Shown here piece after piece: positions 9,207 to 17,847 of a stretch of 64,000 bases of DNA. Location of the stretch: the NCBI GenBank assembly GCA_040877595.1, contig JBBDNM010000026.1:78732-142731 (forward strand), given 5' to 3'. Source of the stretch: Gemmatimonadales bacterium. Its GTDB lineage: Bacteria; Gemmatimonadota; Gemmatimonadetes; Gemmatimonadales; GWC2-71-9. Numbering within the stretch: position 1 is the first letter of the stretch; each line of letters starts with the position of its first letter. The notes under the pieces were generated by a model that made no database searches, was not told where the DNA came from, and saw only the letters and a list, made by a program, of their open reading frames with translations. A program made the position numbers and the translations under genes.

Positions 9207-9250
9207 GCCGCTGAAGCGGCTGCTCGGCCGCGGCCTGTCGCCAAGGCGAC
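9207..9250. terminator. two GC hairpins between convergent genes (bidirectional terminator candidates)
   Basis: GCCGCT-ga-AGCGGC (9207-9220) and GTCGCC-aa-GGCGAC (9237-9250). They lie between the + strand stop at 9189 and the - strand stop at 9279. No U-tract. Confidence 0.35.
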
Positions 9251-9278
9251 CGACCCGCGGGCAAAGCGCCTACCCGCC

Positions 9279-9674
9279 CTATCGATCCAAGCGCTCGAAC
9301 TTACGCTTGTCTGAAATACCCCAGATAAACGGACGCTCCGTCTCCACCGCGCGCCGGAGGATGGCGTCGGTCACCGAGAGCACGAACGCGGCGATCTCCC
9401 GGAATGACTTCTGCGGAAGCACTATTCCCGTAAACACGAACACGCCCGCTCCCGCGTCGAGGATGGCCTGACGCTGGGCGGGCCTGCGGGGCATCTTCGC
9501 GTCAAGTGTGACGAGAACCCATCCATGCTCCCTGAGCCCCTCGAAAAGGATCTCGTCAGCCGCGTCGGCGCCGAACTCCGCCGGGGCGTCTCGAAACTGA
9601 CAGTCCTCCTGATCCAACGCCTGCAACGCCCGCGCCAACTGCGGCGGGAACGTGGCATCGACCAGGAAGATCAT
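9279..9674 (-). CDS. DUF5615-like PIN-fold toxin candidate (VapC45-like)
   Basis: Begins MIFLVDATFPPQLARAL. 131 aa. Its ATG overlaps the stop of the upstream DUF433 gene (ATGA). Confidence 0.65.
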   Translation of the reverse strand: MIFLVDATFPPQLARALQALDQEDCQFRDAPAEFGADAADEILFEGLREHGWVLVTLDAKMPRRPAQRQAILDAGAGVFVFTGIVLPQKSFREIAAFVLSVTDAILRRAVETERPFIWGISDKRKFERLDR

Positions 9675-10393
9675 GCAGCCCGGCCAAGGTGCGCCTCAAA
9701 CGCCACCGCCGCCCGCACCTGGTCAACCGGCAAATCGAATGCCCGCGCTACGGACTGTTCCCGATTGCCGGATGCATAGGCCGAGAGCACGTCGGTGCGG
9801 ATGCGGGTCCCGAGCAGTACCGGAGCACCGAAGGCAATGCGCGGATCAAGCACAATCGCAACACCACGCCCCAGCGGGAACCATCGCGCAGCTAGCGATG
9901 TCTGGGCATCAAAGTCCATCTCGTCGACGTGGCCTTCGAGCAATCCGCCCGCAAGGAGCTGCGGGCTTGCCTTCCGGCCCGTCACCTGGAGCAAGCCAGG
10001 CTGCGCCTCCGCATCGGCGAGGTCAACGAAAATCTGCTGGCGATCCGTGAACAGCCCGCGGTGGGCGAACGGATGGACGGTGTCGAACAGATCGGCTACC
10101 CGACGCGCGGCCCCACGAACGCGTTGCAGGGGAACGCCCTTCTGCACGAACCCCCGCACGACCCGAAGCTCCATGAGCTCCAGGAAGGACAAGGCCGCCG
10201 CACCACCGATGCTCGGCAGGTCGGTCCGCACAATCGGTGGCTTGCTGGTCCGGCGCGACTGCGTGCCCGAACGGAGCCAGTACGTGTACCCTTGTACCCA
10301 GCGGCTCAGCCGACGCGGCGTCAACCCAAGCAGGCGCGCAGCGTCCGTACGCGTATAGATGCCGACGCCCAACTCGATGTGAGGATGGTCCAT
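9671..10393 (-). CDS. HTH plus DUF433 domain protein (VapB45-like antitoxin candidate)
   Basis: Start chosen at ATG 10393 (MDHPHIELGVGIYTRTDAARLLGLTPRRLSRWV, HTH-like). C-terminal DUF433 signature VLDPRIAFGAPVLLGTRIRTDVL...VDQVRAAVAFE. The track ORF extends to 10504 only by reading through a tandem repeat. Confidence 0.7.
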   Translation of the reverse strand: MDHPHIELGVGIYTRTDAARLLGLTPRRLSRWVQGYTYWLRSGTQSRRTSKPPIVRTDLPSIGGAAALSFLELMELRVVRGFVQKGVPLQRVRGAARRVADLFDTVHPFAHRGLFTDRQQIFVDLADAEAQPGLLQVTGRKASPQLLAGGLLEGHVDEMDFDAQTSLAARWFPLGRGVAIVLDPRIAFGAPVLLGTRIRTDVLSAYASGNREQSVARAFDLPVDQVRAAVAFEAHLGRAA

Positions 10394-10469
10394 GCTCCCT
10401 CGCGGACTCCGAGTAAGGCGAAGGTAGCGCTGCACCCATGAGGAGCGCCAGATGTCCACCGGACCCCCT

Positions 10470-10507
10470 TCGACATTCGACATTGAACATTCGACATTCG
10501 ACATTCG
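10470..10507. repeat. tandem heptamer array, about 5.4 x TCGACAT
   Basis: TCGACAT TCGACAT TGAACAT TCGACAT TCGACAT TCG. It sits 7 nt from the stop of the upstream - strand gene (10514) and 77 nt upstream of the DUF433 gene start. Confidence 0.95.
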
Positions 10508-10513
10508 CCGTTG

Positions 10514-10993
10514 CTACTCCGTCAGCGGCACCAACCTCGCCCTCGGCGGCAGCCCCATCTCCAACTCCATGATCCCGACACTCGGCAACAGGTCATACCG
10601 CGGCGGCCCGGCGGACCCAGGGTTCATCACGGTCACCGTCTGATCCACCATCGTAAGCAGCGGCCGGTGCGTGTGACCATACACAATCACGTCGGCCTCG
10701 GGATACGCGGCACGTAGGCCTTCGGGCGTCGGCTGGCCGAAACGGTCGCCGTGGACGATGGTGAAGTTGAGACCTTCCAGTTCCACATGCTGCTCCGCCG
10801 GCAGCCGCCCGCGCAGATCCCAGCCGTCGGTGTTTCCATAGACCGCGATCACCGGCGCCAGCGTTTCCAGCTCCATCAAGAGGTCGTGTGACCCGATGTC
10901 GCCGGCATGCAGGATCTGATCCACCTGTGAGAACACATCGAGAACTTCCGGGCGCAATGGGCCATGCGTATCGGAGATAATGCCGAGGCGCAT
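10514..10993 (-). CDS. YfcE/MJ0936-type metallophosphoesterase
   Basis: Start at ATG 10993: MRLGIISDTHG...HAGDIGS...YGNTD...VHGD...GHTHRP. The track ORF N-terminal extension to 11149 reads through the repeat hairpin. Confidence 0.88.
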   Translation of the reverse strand: MRLGIISDTHGPLRPEVLDVFSQVDQILHAGDIGSHDLLMELETLAPVIAVYGNTDGWDLRGRLPAEQHVELEGLNFTIVHGDRFGQPTPEGLRAAYPEADVIVYGHTHRPLLTMVDQTVTVMNPGSAGPPRYDLLPSVGIMELEMGLPPRARLVPLTE

Positions 10994-11007
10994 CGCTAGG
11001 AGGAGCA

Positions 11008-11078
11008 CGGTGCATGGTACACGGTGCACGGGCCCCGAACGGTCCACCCCGTGCACGGTGCACCGTGCACCGTGCATC
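11008..11078. repeat. inverted pair of GTGCACN heptamer arrays (hairpin)
   Basis: Left arm CGGTGCATGGTACACGGTGCACGGG (11008-11032). 14-nt spacer. Right arm CCCCGTGCACGGTGCACCGTGCACCGTGCATC (11047-11078). About 22 of 25 positions are complementary. Fills the gap between the ubiE stop (11082) and the phosphoesterase start (10993). Confidence 0.9.
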
Positions 11079-11081
11079 GCC

Positions 11082-11798
11082 TCACGCGACCCTGCCCCAA
11101 TGAACCGCCACAACCCCCATCGTGAGCCGTTCATAGCCCACATCCACAAATCCCGCCTGCCGCATCCGCTCGGCCAACGCGTCCGGCTCGGGAAATTGCA
11201 GTACCGATGCTGGCAGATAGGTGTAGGCGTCCGTATGTTTGGACACCAAGCGGCCGACGCGGGGCAGGACGTGACGGAAGTACAACAGATACAGCGGCCG
11301 CACCGGCCACACCCTGGGTGTGGCGAATTCGAGAATCACGAGGCGCGCCCCGGGCTTCAACACGCGCCGCAGTTCCCGCACGCCTTGATCGAGGTCGGCC
11401 AGATTCCGCACCCCGAAGCCCACCATCGCCCCATCAAACTGCCGGTCCCCAAACGGCAGACCAAGCGTGTCCGCACCCACCGCCCGCACGGCTTGGGCCT
11501 TCTGCGTCCCAAGTCGCAACATCGGCACCACAAAGTCCGCGCCGATGACCGTGCCCGTAAAGCCCGGCCGCTTCGCCAACACTGCCGCCAAGTCCAGCGT
11601 GCCCGCGCACGCGTCGAGGTAGCGGCCGGCCGGGGCGCGCTCCCAGCCCAACTGACGCACGGCCCGTTTCCGCCACCACCGATCAATGTTGAGCGACAGC
11701 ACGTGATTGAGCAGGTCATAACGCGGCGCAATGGCCGTGAACATGCCCTTCACATACGATCGCTTTTCGGTTCCGGTGGGGACTGGCGACGCCGTCAT
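11082..11798 (-). CDS. ubiE: demethylmenaquinone/ubiquinone C-methyltransferase (UbiE/MenG)
   Basis: VKGMFTAIAPRYDLLNHVLSLNIDRWWRK. SAM motif LDACAGTLDL. FGVRNLADLDQGVRELRRVLKPGARLVILEF. Confidence 0.9.
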   Translation of the reverse strand: MTASPVPTGTEKRSYVKGMFTAIAPRYDLLNHVLSLNIDRWWRKRAVRQLGWERAPAGRYLDACAGTLDLAAVLAKRPGFTGTVIGADFVVPMLRLGTQKAQAVRAVGADTLGLPFGDRQFDGAMVGFGVRNLADLDQGVRELRRVLKPGARLVILEFATPRVWPVRPLYLLYFRHVLPRVGRLVSKHTDAYTYLPASVLQFPEPDALAERMRQAGFVDVGYERLTMGVVAVHWGRVA

Positions 11799-11815
11799 GC
11801 CGGGAAACGTAACCG

Positions 11816-12421
11816 ATGAGGTTGGACCCGGACACGCTGGCGGAGTTCACCGACCAGGAGGTCGTGGTCCTCGCACAACAGGGCGCGGAGGCAGCGTATC
11901 GGGAACTCATCACGCGCTACCAACGACCCGTGTTTGCCCTGATCTATCGTATGGTGCGCGACCGGGAACTCGCCGAAGATCTGGCCCAGGACACCTTCAT
12001 CAAGGTTCTGAACCACATTGATTCGTACCGACCAGAACACAAGTTCTCGTCCTGGATCTTCAAGATCGCCAATAACGCGGCCATTGATCACCTGCGCCGC
12101 AAACAGCTCAACACTCTCTCCCTGGAAGGGGCGCCGGATGCCCTGACCGCCGACCGTCAGGAGGCCACAGCCCTTCAGGTATCGGGCGGGGAGGAATCGG
12201 CCCTCGACGAACTCGAGGCCCGGGAACTGGGAACCCAGATCGAACGGGCCATCGGACGGCTGAGACCCGAATATCGGGCCTGTATCATCATGCGACATGT
12301 CGAAGGCCGGCCGTATGAAGAAATCGCGGCAGCCCTCACGCTACCTCTCGGCACCGTAAAGACTTACATCCACCGGGCCCGGAATGAACTGCGGGTCCTT
12401 CTGGCGGAGAGCCGGGAATGA
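11816..12421 (+). CDS. ECF-type RNA polymerase sigma factor
   Basis: Region 2 LITRYQRPVFALIYRMVRDRELAEDLAQDTFIKV...SWIFKIANNAAIDHLRR. Region 4 PYEEIAAALTLPLGTVKTYIHRARNELR. Divergent from ubiE with a 17-bp gap. Confidence 0.9.
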   Translation: MRLDPDTLAEFTDQEVVVLAQQGAEAAYRELITRYQRPVFALIYRMVRDRELAEDLAQDTFIKVLNHIDSYRPEHKFSSWIFKIANNAAIDHLRRKQLNTLSLEGAPDALTADRQEATALQVSGGEESALDELEARELGTQIERAIGRLRPEYRACIIMRHVEGRPYEEIAAALTLPLGTVKTYIHRARNELRVLLAESRE

Positions 12422-12455
12422 AACCACCCCCTTTTCCCCCCGTAGGGACGAGCGT

Positions 12456-12956
12456 ATGAACGACGGCACCTTGCATCCTGACCTCGACGATTCGCGTTTG
12501 GACGACGCCCTGGCCGATATCGGTCGCCCTGCCCCCGGCATGGGGTTTGCGGACCGCGTCTTGTCCCGGACCCGGCACCCCCTGCCCAGACGGCTGGTCA
12601 GGATCCGGGATTGGTTCCGGCAGGCCACCAGCGGCGTGCGAGGCTGGGTGCTGCTCGCGATCATTTCCATTACGACCTTGGGCACGTGGTCGGTGGCTGG
12701 GTCCGTGGCCTGGCGCGAGCGGGACGTCATTGCTCGTGGAGCCGACATCGCCGCGGCAGAGGTTGTGGTCCCCGCTGTGCAGGAGGCCCGGGGTTGGCGT
12801 GAGGTGGTGGTGGACCGGCTGTTTGATTGGCTGCCCCTTTCGATTCCCGCACTCAAGTTTTTCCTGATGCTATACGCGGCCGTGTCGCTCGTGTGCGTCA
12901 TTGGTCTCTGGTGGCTCATGCGGACACCGCGCGCTGCGGAGGTTCACAATGCGTAA
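12456..12956 (+). CDS. putative membrane anti-sigma factor (hypothetical)
   Basis: ATG at 12456 (MNDGTLHPDLDD...). Sits immediately after the ECF sigma gene. Has internal TM segments (WVLLAIISITTLGTWSVAG; FFLMLYAAVSLVCVIGLWWL). No diagnostic motif recognised. Confidence 0.5.
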   Translation: MNDGTLHPDLDDSRLDDALADIGRPAPGMGFADRVLSRTRHPLPRRLVRIRDWFRQATSGVRGWVLLAIISITTLGTWSVAGSVAWRERDVIARGADIAAAEVVVPAVQEARGWREVVVDRLFDWLPLSIPALKFFLMLYAAVSLVCVIGLWWLMRTPRAAEVHNA

Positions 12957-14199
12957 TTGTTTCCTGACCCTGACGGGTCTCCTCGCGCTCACGTCCGGCA
13001 CCTTGGCGGCGCAGGACGCCCAGGTGGCGCAGGCCGCCCAAGTCGTCGGCTACTCGGCACAGACGGCCCGCGGCCACGCGACGCTCGACCTGCACCTGTC
13101 CGACGGCACCACCCACCAGATCCGGTTCCGCGGCGGCGAAATCCGCATCGGCAATGAGGTGATCGGCCAGTACACGCCGGGCGGCGCCCTGGAGACCGCA
13201 TGGCGGGCCCTGCTCGCGCGCAGCGATCTCACGAGTCCCGACCAGATGCTGGCGGCCCTGCGGACCCTGCCTGCCGAGGGTCTCGCCGAACTGGATCTGG
13301 CTGGGTTGACCGCGTTGTACGCGAATGCCGCCGTCCCGACGGCACCAGCGGGCGTTGCGGTACCGCCCATGCCGGACTTGGACGCGGTGCGCACACAGGT
13401 ACAGAACGCCCGGACGCAGGTTCGCGATGCCATCCGGAACGAGATTCGCAACGGCATTGAAGCCGGCATTGAGTCGAGCATCGACAACGTCAGTCCGCAG
13501 ATCATCGTCGTACCTCGTGCGGCGGCTCCGCCCATCAGCTCGGTACCCGGCGGCCTTCTGGCCTTGTTCGGCACGCTGATCGCGTTGAGTGGACTGGCCT
13601 TCGGCACCAGCTTCTTCGCGGAGCGCCAGATTGATGTCATGGCGGATACGGTGCAGCACTCGCTGGGACGGTCGTTCTTTGTGGGGCTGTTCGCCCAGCC
13701 CCTCCTCATTCCGGCCCTGGGCGCATTGGTCATTGGGCTCGCGCTGACGGTGGTCGGGATTCTCGTGATTCCCTTCGCGGTGATCGCGTTCTTCGCCCTG
13801 CTGGCGGTGGGTCTGGTGGGTGGCTACCTCGCGGTGGCGCGCGCCACCGGGGCCACATTCCTCACGCGACGGGATCAGCCGATCAGCGGCGGGATGAACC
13901 TGGTCAAGTCCACGATCATCGGGCTCGCCATTCTGATGGCGCTGTGGCTGCCGGCCGTTCTCTTTGGCTGGGTCCCGGTGATGGGCACGATTCTCCGCAT
14001 CGCGGCTGGGCTCGCGACATGGGGCTTGGTCACCACCGGGTTCGGCGCGGCAATTCTTACGCGCGGCGGCGTGCGCGGTACGTTCGGGCGGCGGTTTGCG
14101 CCGGAACCCATTCCGTTCAGTCGTCAGCTGAGCATTCCGGACGAGCCCGCGGCCGAGCGTTTCAGCACGGCCGAGTGGTTGTCCGGGAAGGCCAAGTAA
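12949..14199 (+). CDS. hypothetical membrane protein (signal peptide, soluble N-domain, polytopic C-terminal half)
   Basis: ATG at 12949 overlaps the upstream stop (ATGCGTAA). MRNCFLTLTGLLALTSGTLAAQD. The C-terminal half has several long hydrophobic helices. Confidence 0.6.
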   Translation: MRNCFLTLTGLLALTSGTLAAQDAQVAQAAQVVGYSAQTARGHATLDLHLSDGTTHQIRFRGGEIRIGNEVIGQYTPGGALETAWRALLARSDLTSPDQMLAALRTLPAEGLAELDLAGLTALYANAAVPTAPAGVAVPPMPDLDAVRTQVQNARTQVRDAIRNEIRNGIEAGIESSIDNVSPQIIVVPRAAAPPISSVPGGLLALFGTLIALSGLAFGTSFFAERQIDVMADTVQHSLGRSFFVGLFAQPLLIPALGALVIGLALTVVGILVIPFAVIAFFALLAVGLVGGYLAVARATGATFLTRRDQPISGGMNLVKSTIIGLAILMALWLPAVLFGWVPVMGTILRIAAGLATWGLVTTGFGAAILTRGGVRGTFGRRFAPEPIPFSRQLSIPDEPAAERFSTAEWLSGKAK

Positions 14200-15056
14200 T
14201 GCGCATCGCGCTCCTCGCCACGGTGCTGGCGGCGACCACCGCCCAGGCACAAAGCTGGCAGACGATCACGCAGGCACGCCGGGTCTCAGGCGAAGAACAG
14301 TTGCGCGTGTTCGTGGAGCACGGTGCCGGTACGTTGCGCATTCATCCGGCCGGTTCCGGCCAGCTGTACCGGGTGGCGCTGCGTTATGACGAAGACACCT
14401 TCACGCCACGCGTTCTCTACACGCCCACCTCGTCGAGCCTGCGGGTGACCATGCAGTCGGTGGACCGGCCCGGGAACCGACGTGACTTCGACTGGGATGA
14501 TGATGCGCAGTCGCTGGACCTTCAGCTGACCCCCGATGTCCCGCTGGCCTTGAGCGTGCGTTTTGGCGCAGGGCGCGCCGATGTCGATCTGGGCGGGCTC
14601 AACATCCGGACCTTGAGCGTCGAGACCGGAGCCAGCCAAAGCCAGCTGCGGTTCGACACCCCAAACGCCGGGTCGTGCCGGTTCATGGAACTCAAGGTTG
14701 GCGCCGCGGAGTTCCGCGCCTTTGGGCTCGGCAATGCCCGCTGCGACCGCATCTCGCTCGAGGCCGGCGTGGGCGACATGTTACTCGACCTGTCGGGCGA
14801 CCTGCCGGAGGGGTTCAACGGGACGGTCAGCGTCCAGATGGGGTTGGGCGGACTCGAAGTACGCGTGCCGGAAGATCTTGGCGTACGTCTCAACGTGCGC
14901 CGGTTCCTGGCGAGTGTCGAGCGTGTGGGCTTCATTGCGGATGGCAATCGCAGTTGGGTGACGCCCAACTGGAACGAAGCCACCCGGAAGATCACACTCG
15001 ATATTCGCGCGGTGTTTGGCGGAATCGAGATCGTGCGGGTGGCAACGCCCGAGTAG
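14199..15056 (+). CDS. secreted toast-rack/LiaF-C-like (DUF2154/DUF4097-like) repeat protein
   Basis: TAATG overlap with the upstream gene. Signal MRIALLATVLAATTAQAQ. Repeated G-x-G...(V/L)D(L/V) beta-strand pattern: GAGRADVDLGG, GVGDMLLDLSG, GLGGLEVRVP. Confidence 0.6.
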   Translation: MRIALLATVLAATTAQAQSWQTITQARRVSGEEQLRVFVEHGAGTLRIHPAGSGQLYRVALRYDEDTFTPRVLYTPTSSSLRVTMQSVDRPGNRRDFDWDDDAQSLDLQLTPDVPLALSVRFGAGRADVDLGGLNIRTLSVETGASQSQLRFDTPNAGSCRFMELKVGAAEFRAFGLGNARCDRISLEAGVGDMLLDLSGDLPEGFNGTVSVQMGLGGLEVRVPEDLGVRLNVRRFLASVERVGFIADGNRSWVTPNWNEATRKITLDIRAVFGGIEIVRVATPE

Positions 15057-15069
15057 ATTGCCCGGCAGG

Positions 15070-15600
15070 ATGACGCCCCTGCCCCCTCCCCAACCAGACG
15101 AGTACGCGGCGTTCTACGCGAGCTACGTCGCCGAGGCCACGGCGGCCGGCGCGGATGTGATCGCTGTGCTCGAATCGCAACGCTCGCTCACTGCCGCTCT
15201 TGGCAATCTGCCGGAATCCGTGGCGGCCAAGCGCTACCAGCCCGACAAGTGGTCGGTCAAGGAAATCGTCGGCCACCTGGCGGACGGTGAACGCGTGTTC
15301 TGCTACCGCGCCATGCGGTTTGCGCGCGGTGACGCGACCCCGGTCGAGGGATTCGATGAAAAGGCGTATACTCCGGCCGCGCGCTACGATCGCCGCACCA
15401 TCGCCCAGGTGGCGGACGAACTCGCCGCCGTGCATGAGGCGAGCATCGCGCTGTTCCGCACCTTTGACGCCGAGGAAGGCGCACGGTGGGGGGAGGCCAA
15501 TGGATCCCGCTGCACGGTGCGGGCGCTGGCATGGTTTGTGGCCGGGCATTTTCTTCACCATATGACGATGCTGCGCGAGCGGTACGGGATCGCACTCTGA
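15070..15600 (+). CDS. DinB family (DinB_2-like) protein
   Basis: ATG at 15070. PDEYAAFYASYV...KWSVKEIVGHLADGERVF...WFVAGHFLHHMTMLRE shows the metal-binding His pattern of the DinB fold. Confidence 0.75.
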   Translation: MTPLPPPQPDEYAAFYASYVAEATAAGADVIAVLESQRSLTAALGNLPESVAAKRYQPDKWSVKEIVGHLADGERVFCYRAMRFARGDATPVEGFDEKAYTPAARYDRRTIAQVADELAAVHEASIALFRTFDAEEGARWGEANGSRCTVRALAWFVAGHFLHHMTMLRERYGIAL

Positions 15601-16697
15601 TGACTGTCGCCACGTGGCTGGATCTCGGCAGCGCCGAGGAACTCAGCAAGCGCACGCTCCAGCAGGTCACGGTGGGGAAGGTGCAGGTTGCGCTGACCCA
15701 CCGCGATGGGACGTTCACCGCCGTGTCCGGTATCTGCAACCATGTGGGTGGCCCGCTGGGGGACGGACACCTGGACGGCGACTATATCGTCTGTCCGTGG
15801 CACAACTGGAAGTTTCATTGTGTCACAGGCGAAGGGGAACCCGGGTTCGAGCAAGATCGCGTGCCGCGCTTCGAGGTGACGGTGGAGGACGGTCGGGTGC
15901 TGCTCAATCCGGTAGCGGTGACCAAGCGTCACAAGGCCCCGCACGAACGGCATCCGCTGGCTCGACCGGTTGTGCGGGCCGCGGGACCGCTCCGGGTCCT
16001 CGGCATCTCGACCACGAACATGGACGTCGAGCATCGGCGGTACTCTACGTCAGAGGACTTGTTAGTCACCGCCCTGGACCACGCGAAGGGGAACGGCGCC
16101 GAGACGCAGATCGTCCGGCTGCACGAACTCACGTTCCGCGCGTGCGAGGGGTACTACTCCAAGAGCGCGCATGCCTGTACGTGGCCGTGCTCCATCACGC
16201 AGATGGACCCGGATGACCAGCTGGACCGTGTGTACGAGGGACTGGTCCATTGGGCGGACGTGGTGCTGGTGGCCACACCGATTCGCTGGGGCAATGCCAG
16301 TTCGTTGTACTACAAGATGATCGAGCGCCTGAATTGCGTACAGAACCAGATGACCATCCGCAATACGGCGCTCATCCGGAACAAGGTGGCCAGCTTCGTG
16401 ATCACGGGAGGCCAGGACAACGTGCAGGCGGTCGCGGGACAAGCGATGATGTTCTTCGGGGAGCTGGGCTTTCAGTTCCCGCCCTTCCCGTTCATTGCGC
16501 ATAGTCGCGGCTGGGACGCCGAGGACATGGAGGGGAACACGCGGGTGGTGCGCAACAGCACGGTCCTGCATGACGGCGCGCGTGCGCTGGTGGACCGGGC
16601 GATGGGAACCGCCGCGGCGCTCCTGGAGCACGCGACGGAGGCCCGGCAGTTCACGCGGGCCGGCCGCAAGGCGTACGGGGCAGGACGGGAAACATGA
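15600..16697 (+). CDS. Rieske [2Fe-2S] domain fused to a flavodoxin-like NAD(P)H-dependent FMN reductase domain
   Basis: ATG at 15600 overlaps the upstream TGA. Rieske ligands CNHVGG...CPWHNWKF. Second half LRVLGISTTN...VVLVATPIRWGNASSLYYKMIERL...FVITGGQDN. Confidence 0.8.
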   Translation: MTVATWLDLGSAEELSKRTLQQVTVGKVQVALTHRDGTFTAVSGICNHVGGPLGDGHLDGDYIVCPWHNWKFHCVTGEGEPGFEQDRVPRFEVTVEDGRVLLNPVAVTKRHKAPHERHPLARPVVRAAGPLRVLGISTTNMDVEHRRYSTSEDLLVTALDHAKGNGAETQIVRLHELTFRACEGYYSKSAHACTWPCSITQMDPDDQLDRVYEGLVHWADVVLVATPIRWGNASSLYYKMIERLNCVQNQMTIRNTALIRNKVASFVITGGQDNVQAVAGQAMMFFGELGFQFPPFPFIAHSRGWDAEDMEGNTRVVRNSTVLHDGARALVDRAMGTAAALLEHATEARQFTRAGRKAYGAGRET

Positions 16698-16730
16698 GCG
16701 ACCTCGCCTTCGGGCGCGTCGTGGCGGTCC

Positions 16731-17837
16731 TCAGCCGGTAAGTATCGGCAGAGTCCGCTTCACCCCGGTCTTCTTCTGCACCAAACGCGCGATCGCGATG
16801 AGCGCATGGGCGGCGGGCGAGTCCGGCGCGGCAATCACGACCGGCGTACCGGCATCCGCCTGATCGGCCAGGCCCGCCTGGAGCGGGATGCGGCCCAGCA
16901 GGTCTACGTTCACTTCCGCCGCCAGCTTCTCGCCGCCACCGGTCAGGAAGATCTCCGTCGTCTTGTTGCAGTGGGGACAGACGAACCCCGCCATGTTCTC
17001 GACCACGCCCAGCACCGGCACACTCACCCGCTCGAACATCTTGGCACTGCGCAAAGCGTCGCCGACGGCCACTTCCTGCGGGGTCGTCACAATCACGGCG
17101 CCGGTAAGCTGGATGGACTGTGCGAGGGAAAGCTGGGCATCACCGGTGCCGGGAGGCATGTCCACAATCAGATAATCGAGCGTGCCCCAATCCACGTCGC
17201 GCAGGAACTGCTGGATCACCTTGGTGACGATGGGCCCGCGCCAGATGGCCGCCGTGTCGCGCTCCATCATGAACCCCATGGACATGAGCCTCACGCCGTG
17301 CGCCTCGAGCGGCACGATGCGCTGGCCGCGGATGGGCGGTTTCTCATTGACGCCGAACATGCGTGGCACGTTCGGGCCATACACGTCGGCATCCATGAGC
17401 CCGACGCTCTTCCCCTCAGCCGCGAGTGCCACCGCCAGATTGGCGGCCACGGTGGACTTGCCGACACCACCCTTGCCGGACGACACCGCGATGATGCGAC
17501 CCAATTGGTCGGGTGCCATCGCCTGGGCAGGCGGCGGCGCGCGATGCGCCGCCTGCGTACCAACCGGTGCCGCACGACCCGCAGGCGTCGACGTGGCGGG
17601 TTCCTTCACGTTGATCCGCACGCCGGTGACCCCTTCCACCTCCTGCACCGCCTTGCGGGCCTCACGGACCAGGCTGGCCGGATCATCGCGGCCGAGCAGG
17701 AAGGTGAATACCACGGCGCCTTCGGCGCTCACGGACAAATCGGCGACCATCCCGGCAGAAATCACGTCGTTGCCGACGCGCGGATTGCGGACACTCGTCA
17801 GGGCGCCCGCGATGCGGGCTTCAAGCGTATTGGGCAT
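16731..17837 (-). CDS. apbC: Fe-S cluster carrier ATPase (Mrp/ApbC/NBP35 family) with an N-terminal DUF59-like domain
   Basis: Deviant Walker A VSSGKGGVGKSTVAANLAVALA. DADVYGPN. CPHCNKTTEIF. Confidence 0.92.
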   Translation of the reverse strand: MPNTLEARIAGALTSVRNPRVGNDVISAGMVADLSVSAEGAVVFTFLLGRDDPASLVREARKAVQEVEGVTGVRINVKEPATSTPAGRAAPVGTQAAHRAPPPAQAMAPDQLGRIIAVSSGKGGVGKSTVAANLAVALAAEGKSVGLMDADVYGPNVPRMFGVNEKPPIRGQRIVPLEAHGVRLMSMGFMMERDTAAIWRGPIVTKVIQQFLRDVDWGTLDYLIVDMPPGTGDAQLSLAQSIQLTGAVIVTTPQEVAVGDALRSAKMFERVSVPVLGVVENMAGFVCPHCNKTTEIFLTGGGEKLAAEVNVDLLGRIPLQAGLADQADAGTPVVIAAPDSPAAHALIAIARLVQKKTGVKRTLPILTG

Positions 17838-17847
17838 GATGCGGAAA

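Noticed and set aside
9671-10504. N-terminal extensions of track ORFs that read through repeat arrays (9671-10504, 10514-11149, 35536-36045, 60625-61407, 61342-62769), giving peptides such as SNVECSMSNVE or HGARCTVHGV
   Set aside because: The extensions are translations of the tandem repeats or hairpins. Internal ATG/GTG starts coincide with the onset of family homology and with start/stop overlaps, so the shorter models were used.
12916-14250. 444-aa - strand ORF
   Set aside because: It is antisense to the ECF-operon membrane protein. Its composition is dominated by Arg/Gly/Pro/Gln, and the + strand genes show signal peptides, TM helices and start/stop coupling.
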